From NCBI GenBank assembly GCA_034670305.1, contig JAXMNT010000090.1, positions 1 to 15,068 on the forward strand: 15,068 nucleotides of DNA, written 5' to 3'. Made by a program: the position numbers and the translations under genes. Numbering within the stretch: position 1 is the stretch's first letter; every line of letters begins with the position of its first letter. The notes beneath the pieces were generated by a model, which saw nothing but the letters and a program-made list of their open reading frames with translations, did not search any database and was not told the origin of the DNA. The DNA comes from Deltaproteobacteria bacterium. GTDB taxonomy: Bacteria > Myxococcota_A > Polyangia > Polyangiales > Houyiibacteriaceae. Below are positions 1 to 6,054 of this stretch, one piece after another.

Positions 1-38
1 CGATGCTCGTCGCGCTGATCAAGCGATCTGACCGCTGA
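1..38 (+). CDS. Truncated 3' end of a gene (...MLVALIKRSDR*), possibly a four-helix-bundle (23S rRNA intervening-sequence/bAvd-like) protein
   Basis: ATG CTC GTC GCG CTG ATC AAG CGA TCT GAC CGC TGA at 3-38. Amphipathic helix resembling the '(A/S)MLxxLI' C-terminus I recall for four-helix-bundle proteins; only about 12 residues visible. Confidence 0.4.
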   Translation, partial: MLVALIKRSDR

Positions 39-122
39 TCCGCGGGCAAGGGCAAAGGCAAGGGCAGGGGCAAGGGGCAGGCTGCGAGAACGCCCTGCGG
101 GCGTTCTTCAGCAACCTGCTAG
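1..122. repeat. Left copy of a perfect 122-bp inverted repeat (partner 14946-15067); probable end of a multicopy MITE/IS-like element
   Basis: Bases 1-122 match the reverse complement of 14946-15067 base for base; identity stops after CTAG (119-122). Contains a GGGCAA-type tract (44-80) and a palindrome (78-118). Confidence 0.95.
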
Positions 123-1240
123 ATCAGGATGGTGGGGCAGCCGAAGAGGATGTCGAGTGCGTCGGCCATGCGCGCGCGGTCGCACGCCGCTCCGAAGAGT
201 TCGATCTGCGTCATGTCGTCGGAGTAGTCCCAACCGCTCCCGCGCGCGGGGTCGCGTGGGATGGATTCGTCGCCGCCTTCGATCTGGATCCGCACGTTCA
301 CCTGACCGGGATCGAACGCACCGTCCGGGTTGTCGGGGATCTCGTAGACGCACTCGAGGACGGCTTCGCCGATCGCCGCGAACGCATCGCGGAGCGCGGC
401 GCCGAAGTCGAGGGCCGGGTCGGTGAGATCGTAGTGGCAGTAGGTCGGACCGCTGTCGCTGCACCCGGCCCGCGCGGTGCCCGCGGCGCTGGCGAGTCGA
501 GAGAGCACTGGCCGATAACCAGCGGAACCCGGCACCCCGATCACGAAGGTGGGCACACCGGCGGCCGCGGCGGCGCGCACCCGCTCCACCAGCGCGTCGT
601 TGTCGCGATCCTGTGCACTCGGGTCGTCGAACGCGCAGTCGGTGTCGCAGCCGAAGCAGACCCGCGCGTCGCCATCGGTCGCGAGCACGAGCGCTGGCCG
701 CTCCACGCCACTCAAGCGACCGACGCCGAACGCCACCGCATCGTGGGTGGGCGTCGAGAGACCGTCCGGCACGATCGACCGCGCGGCTGCCACCACGCCC
801 GCGCGCCCATCGCTCAACCGGGTGAAGTCGGAGACGAACTCGTCGCGGGCACAGGCGCCCTCCGCGCGCGGAAAACGCATCAGTCCCACCGAGGACGCAT
901 CGCTGAACGAACCCACCGCGTCGACGAGCGCCGACACGAAGACATCCCAGCGAGAGTCGTCGGGCGCGGGCGTCGGGTCGTCGGTCAAACAACCGAAGTC
1001 GTCCGCGCGGCAGTTCATGCTGTTGCTCGTGTCCATCTGGAAGAGCACCGTTGGCGGCAGCGGCTCGGCCACCGCGCTCACCGTTTCACACACCTCGCCC
1101 GGCACATCGAGCCGCACCACGTCGCGGAACGGTGCATCGATTGCAGACGAATCTGCGGCAGCCCCATCCACCGACGCGTCGATCCGTCGAACGTCCGAAG
1201 CACACCCCACCAAGAGCCCCAACACCAGCCAACGCGCCAT
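119..1240 (-). CDS. von Willebrand factor A (vWA) domain lipoprotein, myxobacterial Cys-rich type
   Basis: ATG at 1240; signal peptide with lipobox MARWLVLGLLVG-C; MIDAS DTSNS after hydrophobic strand TVLFQM; TPT and VLATDG motifs; Cys-rich C-terminus GWDY...IELFGAAC...FGCPT. TAG stop lies in the CTAG at 119-122. Confidence 0.88.
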   Translation of the reverse strand: MARWLVLGLLVGCASDVRRIDASVDGAAADSSAIDAPFRDVVRLDVPGEVCETVSAVAEPLPPTVLFQMDTSNSMNCRADDFGCLTDDPTPAPDDSRWDVFVSALVDAVGSFSDASSVGLMRFPRAEGACARDEFVSDFTRLSDGRAGVVAAARSIVPDGLSTPTHDAVAFGVGRLSGVERPALVLATDGDARVCFGCDTDCAFDDPSAQDRDNDALVERVRAAAAAGVPTFVIGVPGSAGYRPVLSRLASAAGTARAGCSDSGPTYCHYDLTDPALDFGAALRDAFAAIGEAVLECVYEIPDNPDGAFDPGQVNVRIQIEGGDESIPRDPARGSGWDYSDDMTQIELFGAACDRARMADALDILFGCPTILI

Positions 1241-1247
1241 GCCGCGC

Positions 1248-1253
1248 AGCATA
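1248..1253 (-). promoter_or_regulatory. Putative -10 box (TATGCT) of a leaderless transcript for the vWA gene
   Basis: TAnnnT 7 nt upstream of ATG 1240; no Shine-Dalgarno. Confidence 0.55.
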
Positions 1254-1279
1254 CCGCCTGACCCATTCGTGGCCGCCCG

Positions 1280-1398
1280 AGGGCCGCCAGTCGAGCGAAG
1301 CGAGCCAGGCCCGCAGCGAACAAACATTCGACGCGGCGAAGCCGAGCGAAGCGAGCAAGCCGTGTCACCAGGACGGGGTTTGGGGGCCGTGCCCCCAA
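1280..1398. repeat. REP-like intergenic palindromic element
   Basis: 34-nt unit at 1280-1313 is 32/34 identical to 2419-2452; GCGAAGC mini-hairpins at 1295 and 1346, CGGC-GAA-GCCG at 1334-1344, perfect TTGGGGGC-CGT-GCCCCCAA hairpin at 1380-1398. Confidence 0.7.
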
Positions 1399-1475
1399 GA
1401 ATACTGTGTGAATGATCACTGAACAGACGTGTCGTTTACTGGACCTGCGCGCAGCACTGACCGAAAGTACAGGGC

Positions 1476-1715
1476 ATGACGCAAACCACTCATGAATACG
1501 TTGTTTTTGGTGTCCTGGATCTTCTGCTCGCGGACGAACCGCCCAGTGTCCCGGCCCTGGCGCTGCGACTCGGCATCGATCGCGATACGGTCGAGTCGAA
1601 GCTCGCGCACCTCGAAGGCAAAGGCCTCGTGGCGTCGGGTCGCCTCACGATGTCTGGGCTCGCCGCCGCCAGCTCCCTTCGGGCCGCCCGCCAGTTCGCC
1701 AGCTGCGCCGCCTGA
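1476..1715 (+). CDS. Small winged helix-turn-helix DNA-binding protein (79 aa)
   Basis: SVPALALRLGIDRDTVESKLAHLEGKGLV...RLTMSG fits a wHTH (MarR/DtxR-like) pattern; fills the gap between flanking genes. Confidence 0.7.
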   Translation: MTQTTHEYVVFGVLDLLLADEPPSVPALALRLGIDRDTVESKLAHLEGKGLVASGRLTMSGLAAASSLRAARQFASCAA

Positions 1716-1752
1716 AGGTTCCGGATCGGCGGGAAGCGATCCCGCGCGAGTT

Positions 1753-1761
1753 TGTTATGGT
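1753..1761 (+). promoter_or_regulatory. Putative extended -10 box (TGtTATGGT) of a leaderless transcript for the PPIase gene
   Basis: TGn-TAnnnT 6 nt upstream of ATG 1768; no Shine-Dalgarno. Confidence 0.55.
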
Positions 1762-1767
1762 CCGCGC

Positions 1768-2349
1768 ATGCGACCCTCGATCTGGATTCTCAGTGCGATG
1801 TTGAGCTTCGGCACCCAGCTCGGCTGTGGTGGAGAAGACGCCGATTCATCGGAAGAAAGCGCCGAATCCGAAGACGAGTCCACCGAGTCGGAGACCGAGT
1901 CGGAAGACGGGTCGGAGACCGAGTCGGAGACCGAAGAAGAAGCCGAAGAAGAAGTCGACGACGACGAACTCGCGATCGACGTCGAGGAACACACGCTTGA
2001 CGAAGAGACCCGAGAAGCGGGCGCGGCCGAGACCCGCGGCATCGCCCACATCCTCGTGCGTTACCGCGGTGGGGACCGAACCCCCGCGTCGGTCACCCGC
2101 ACCGAAGCCCAGGCAGAGACGCGGGCCAACGAAGCGCTCGGCCGGATCGAAGCGGGCGAGACGTTCGCCGAAGTGGCGGCGGACCTGAGCGACGACGAAG
2201 CCAACCGCGAAAGCGGCGGTGCGATGGGTTCGCTCGAACGCGGCCTCTTGCCCAGCGCGCTGGATGCCGCCCTGTTCTCGATGGAAGTCGGCGAGACCCA
2301 GGTCGTCCAGACCAACCTCGGCTACCACGTCGTCCGCCGAACGCAGTAG
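1768..2349 (+). CDS. Parvulin/PpiC-type peptidyl-prolyl isomerase lipoprotein with acidic linker
   Basis: ATG at 1768; signal peptide ending QLG-C; Ser/Glu-rich linker; rotamase motifs AHILVRY, GETFAEVAADLSDD, GGAMG, VQTNLGYHVVRR. Confidence 0.9.
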   Translation: MRPSIWILSAMLSFGTQLGCGGEDADSSEESAESEDESTESETESEDGSETESETEEEAEEEVDDDELAIDVEEHTLDEETREAGAAETRGIAHILVRYRGGDRTPASVTRTEAQAETRANEALGRIEAGETFAEVAADLSDDEANRESGGAMGSLERGLLPSALDAALFSMEVGETQVVQTNLGYHVVRRTQ

Positions 2350-2400
2350 CGACGCGCGCTTCTTCAGTGGAGCAACCGAAGGGCGGCGAGCACGTGAAGG

Positions 2401-2457
2401 CGCGACGGGCGCGTGCATAGGGCCGCCAGTCTCGCGAAGCGAGCCAGGCCCGTCGTG
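2401..2457. repeat. REP-like stem-loop between convergent genes (second copy of the 34-nt unit)
   Basis: Outer stem CGCGACGGGC / GCCCGTCGTG; inner CTCGC-GAA-GCGAG (2431-2443); 2419-2452 matches 1280-1313 at 32/34. Confidence 0.7.
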
Positions 2458-2458
2458 T

Positions 2459-3604
2459 TCAAAGGAAGACCCCGTCGCCGTGACGGGCGACTTGGGTGCG
2501 GACGTGTTCGAGGATGGCTTGCCGGCGAAACTCGATGCCCTCCCAATGGCGCTCGTCGGTCAACGGCGGTCCCAACGGATCGGAGGCCATGCGCGCGCGC
2601 AGCCGATCCAGATCGAGCGCTTCCAGCGACTCGATCGTGGAGCGGCGGAACTTCTGGATGGCGTGAAGTCGGGACTCGGCGAGCCCGAGCATCAGCTCTC
2701 CCTCCCAGAAGCCGGCGCCGTTGTCCAAGTAGATGAGGGGCCCGCCGCGGCCGCGGCGACGCACGTTCGTGTAGTCGCCGCCCCAGCGGTCGACGTTGTG
2801 GATGAGGGTGTCGAAGACGATCAGATCGGAGGCTTCGGCCAGCTCTTCGAGTGAGAGTTCGGCGGCTGGGGGCTCGCGTCCGAGTGCGGTGTCCTCAGGC
2901 AGGCGGATGCCGTTGACCACATCGCGCCAATCGCGGGGCGGTTGGAAGGGCGAATGGGCGGGGTGGGCGAGCAGGTCGACGCGGCCGAAGCGCAGCTGTC
3001 GTTCGAAGCCCGGCCCAATGCGCCACCGCACGAGTCGCTGCGGCACCCAGCCGATGAACGCCCCCGCAACCCAACCTTCGTCGTCGACCTCGAGGCCTTC
3101 GAGTCGTGGATCCTCCGGCGCGGCGCGCTCGAGTGCCCGAAGTGGAAAACGTCGCCCAACGGTCGGCGGGACCCGGTCGAGTCCGAGCTCACGATCGATG
3201 TGGTAAGCGGCCACCTCGGAGTACCAGCGCGCGCCGGCAAACGCCTGCGCAGGTTTGAAGTAGCCTGCGGTGCCGTTGACCAACGTGACCTTGAAACCGA
3301 GGCTTCTGCCACCGGAGCCACGCTCCATGCGACCCCAACCGGCTTCGGCGAGAGAGCGGCGCCATGCCGAATCGTCGGAGCCGAGAAAGGTCGAGTCGAA
3401 CTCGGCCTGCACATCCACTTCGAGGTCCAGCTCGACGACATCAACTTCGACTTCGGCCGGACCCGCATCGGCACCGGCGTCGGCGCCCGCATCCACGGCC
3501 TCGTTCAGGGAAGCCGTGTGTCCGGTGCTCGGCGAATCACAGCCGATCAGGCCAGACGCCGCGATGCCTGCGAGGCACAGCGCTTGAACAAACGACCAGT
3601 GCAC
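2459..3604 (-). CDS. Fam20C/Four-jointed-like atypical protein kinase, predicted lipoprotein
   Basis: Motifs GSGGRSLGFKV...YFKP, SEVAAYHIDRELGLDRVPPTVGR, DLIVFDTLIHNVDRW, LIYLDNGAGF; hydrophobic stretch ending LIG-C. Start uncertain (GTG 3604 or TTG 3622; frame open to 3673). Confidence 0.8.
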   Translation of the reverse strand: MHWSFVQALCLAGIAASGLIGCDSPSTGHTASLNEAVDAGADAGADAGPAEVEVDVVELDLEVDVQAEFDSTFLGSDDSAWRRSLAEAGWGRMERGSGGRSLGFKVTLVNGTAGYFKPAQAFAGARWYSEVAAYHIDRELGLDRVPPTVGRRFPLRALERAAPEDPRLEGLEVDDEGWVAGAFIGWVPQRLVRWRIGPGFERQLRFGRVDLLAHPAHSPFQPPRDWRDVVNGIRLPEDTALGREPPAAELSLEELAEASDLIVFDTLIHNVDRWGGDYTNVRRRGRGGPLIYLDNGAGFWEGELMLGLAESRLHAIQKFRRSTIESLEALDLDRLRARMASDPLGPPLTDERHWEGIEFRRQAILEHVRTQVARHGDGVFL

Positions 3605-3787
3605 CGCGCAAACGCTGCGCAACTCCAGGGACTCTGGGCGGTTCGATGCGGTTTGGGGACAGGTGTGCATCAAAAGGGATCATCCGTTGTACGGACGGAT
3701 GTATCCAGAAAGCGACATGGATCGTCCCAGCTACGATCCGTGGTTCTACGGGCCGCGACTCCGGCAAGAATGGAGTAGCTTGGTGGG

Positions 3788-4768
3788 GTGAGCGTGCGTG
3801 TCGTTCTGGGGGCTGTGGCCCTGGCCATGGTCTGTGCCGGAGCGGCCGCCCAGCCCGTGGAGCAACCGGAGATCCCGACGACCGTTCCGGCGGCCACCAC
3901 CTGGGGACTGGTGCTCGCAGCCGACGAGTGCCTGACGCCGCGGCTGCGAGAGGCGGTCGATCAGTGGGCACCGGAGGCGGCCGACGCGTCGGTGAGCGTG
4001 GTGGTCGAACACGTCGACGGGGCGATCGAGTTCGCGGTCCTTCGGAGTGGCCACGACGTGGGTCGCCGACGCTTCGACCGGCTGCCCCAAGGGTGTGCCG
4101 ATCGGGTGGCGGCGCTGAGTCTGGCCATCGCCATCGCGCTGGATGGCCGGGTGCTGGAGCGAATCACTGGAGAACCCGCGCCTCCGGCTCGCATCGACTC
4201 GGGTCCCGAAGAACCCGAGCCGGTCCCCGAACCGTCCGACCCGACGCCGCCCGACTTCGGTGTGTCGTTCGCGGTCAGTGCCGGTGCGTCCGCCGGTGCC
4301 CTGCCCTCGTGGGTGGGGACCGGCCGTTTCGCGTTTCGGTTCGACTGGCGGGCGCTCTCGGTCGAGCTCGGCGGCATCGGCACCCTCCTGTCCAAGACCA
4401 ACCTCGGCACCGGCATGCTCGACACCCGACTCTTCGCCGGTTCGCTCGATGTGTGTCTGGCCCGCGCGCATCGACGCACGAAGCTGCTCGGCTGCGTGGG
4501 CGCCAGCTTGGGCCGCGTCATGGGAGCAGGCCGCGGGTTCGGGACCTCGCTCGGGACGACGCTGTGGTGGGGATCGGTCGATCCGAGTCTTTCGATCGCG
4601 TGGCCGATCGACTCACCGGTGCGGCTGCGAACCGGGGTGCGCGGACACGTCAAGACCATGCGGCCCGAGTGGCGCGTGGTCGATTCGAACGGTGCCACCC
4701 AGGCCTACGCCACCCCGTCCCTCGTGGGACTCGACGTCTCGGTGGGCGTGGAGTTCGTGTTGTGGTGA
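3788..4768 (+). CDS. Secreted hypothetical protein with Pro-rich linker and C-terminal beta-strand-rich (possible outer-membrane barrel) domain
   Basis: Signal peptide ending AAA-Q; small Cys-containing N-domain; PEEPEPVPEPSDP linker; alternating hydrophobic strands ending VSVGVEFVLW; directly upstream of the ECF sigma. Confidence 0.75.
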   Translation: MSVRVVLGAVALAMVCAGAAAQPVEQPEIPTTVPAATTWGLVLAADECLTPRLREAVDQWAPEAADASVSVVVEHVDGAIEFAVLRSGHDVGRRRFDRLPQGCADRVAALSLAIAIALDGRVLERITGEPAPPARIDSGPEEPEPVPEPSDPTPPDFGVSFAVSAGASAGALPSWVGTGRFAFRFDWRALSVELGGIGTLLSKTNLGTGMLDTRLFAGSLDVCLARAHRRTKLLGCVGASLGRVMGAGRGFGTSLGTTLWWGSVDPSLSIAWPIDSPVRLRTGVRGHVKTMRPEWRVVDSNGATQAYATPSLVGLDVSVGVEFVLW

Positions 4769-4807
4769 AGGATCCCCAGTCCCCCGGCATGAAGACGTAG
4801 AAGGCCG

Positions 4808-5335
4808 TTGGCTTCCACCATCAGCGCAGAGGAGCTCTTCCATGCACATGCCGGCTTTGCCGCATCGTTTTTGCACCGTCTTGGCGTGCCGAACCGCGAT
4901 GTACCGGACCTCGTGCAGGAGGTCTTCTTGCTCGCCCATCAGAAGGGCGGCTTCGTCGACGACGGCCGCGCCAAGTCGCGCACGTGGATCGCTGCGATCA
5001 CCGTCCGCCTCGCGTCCGGCTACCGGCGCAAGCGCAAAGAAGAACTCTCCGATGTGGAACCCGGCATGACCACCCGCACCCCCGAAGTCGAAGTCTCGAC
5101 CCGCCGCAGCCTAGAGCGGCTCACCCAGTGTCTCGATGGACTGGACCTGGAACACCGCAGCGTGTTCGTGCTCTTCGAGGTGGAAGGCATGCGCTCGGCG
5201 GAGATCGCCGAGACCCTCGGGGTGCCCGTCGGCACCGTCTACTCGCGGTTGCACCACGCCCGCGCCCGAGTGCGCGAAGCGTACGTGGCACTCGGCCGCG
5301 GGACGAAGCCGATCGCCGAAGGAGGCGGGTCATGA
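4808..5335 (+). CDS. ECF-family sigma-70 RNA polymerase sigma factor
   Basis: Region 2 DLVQEVFL...RTWIAAIT; region 4 RSVFVLFEVEGMRSAEIAETLGVPVGTVYSRLHHAR; TTG start approximate. Confidence 0.93.
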   Translation: MASTISAEELFHAHAGFAASFLHRLGVPNRDVPDLVQEVFLLAHQKGGFVDDGRAKSRTWIAAITVRLASGYRRKRKEELSDVEPGMTTRTPEVEVSTRRSLERLTQCLDGLDLEHRSVFVLFEVEGMRSAEIAETLGVPVGTVYSRLHHARARVREAYVALGRGTKPIAEGGGS

Positions 5336-6054
5336 ACGAACCGAAACCCTGGCTCGAGGATCCTTCGGGCCTGCCGCCCGGCCTCGCCGAAGACCTGCAG
5401 GCCATGCGCGAGTTTCCGGTGCCGTACGACGCGGCGGCTGGACTCGAGCAGCTTCAGTCCACCACCGGGGCGACTGGTGGTGCGGCTGGCTTGGGCGCCG
5501 CCAAGGGGATCCTCCTGCTGGTCGTCGTCGTGGGGGTCGGCGGGCTGATCGCGCTGTCTGCGCGGCCATGGACCGAACCGAGCGCTGAGACGGCGACCGA
5601 GCACGAGCCCTCGGCCGAGGTGGAAGTCGAGACCGCAGCACCCGCGACCGACGAAGTCGAAGCGGCCGACGAAGTCGAAGCGGCAGTCCCGACCACCGAG
5701 CCTGGCGAGCCCGCCGAGCAGCCGGAGACGACCGAGACGACCGAGAACACCGAAGCCCGGACCGCGGTGGAAACGGTCCAGAATCCCGCGACGGCCAGCC
5801 CCGAGGACGAGATTCGGCATCTTGCAGCGCTGCGAAGCCTCTCGCATTCGAACCCGGACCGCGCGGTTCGGGAAGCCAATCGTGGGGACGCACGCTTCGA
5901 GGGCGGCCTCTTCGCTGAAGAGCGCGCGGCGATTCGGGTGTTCGCCCTGGAACGTTCGGGTCGGCACGCCGCCGCCGTGCGCGCTGGCCGCCGTTTCCTT
6001 CGACGCTACCCAAGCAGTCCGCAACGAACCCAGATCCAGGAGCTCGTCCAATGA
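5332..6054 (+). CDS. Putative anti-sigma factor: single TM helix, acidic linker, C-terminal TPR-like helical domain
   Basis: ATGA overlap with the sigma stop and GAAGGAGG Shine-Dalgarno; TM GILLLVVVVGVGGLIAL; C-terminal EERAAIRVFALERSGR...ARRF-type helices ending RYPSSP. Confidence 0.8.
   Translation: MNEPKPWLEDPSGLPPGLAEDLQAMREFPVPYDAAAGLEQLQSTTGATGGAAGLGAAKGILLLVVVVGVGGLIALSARPWTEPSAETATEHEPSAEVEVETAAPATDEVEAADEVEAAVPTTEPGEPAEQPETTETTENTEARTAVETVQNPATASPEDEIRHLAALRSLSHSNPDRAVREANRGDARFEGGLFAEERAAIRVFALERSGRHAAAVRAGRRFLRRYPSSPQRTQIQELVQ

Noticed and set aside
1-122. Diversity-generating retroelement
   Set aside because: No reverse transcriptase and no template/variable repeat pair with adenine-specific differences seen in the window.
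119-1240. Naming the vWA lipoprotein cglB
   Set aside because: Shares the lipoprotein-vWA layout, but such proteins have many paralogues and no gliding genes are adjacent.
1241-1327. N-terminal extensions in the ORF track (starts 1327, 1492, 4984, 12943)
   Set aside because: They run through repeats or other genes; signal peptides, -10 boxes or ATGA coupling support 1240, 1768, 5332 and 13036.
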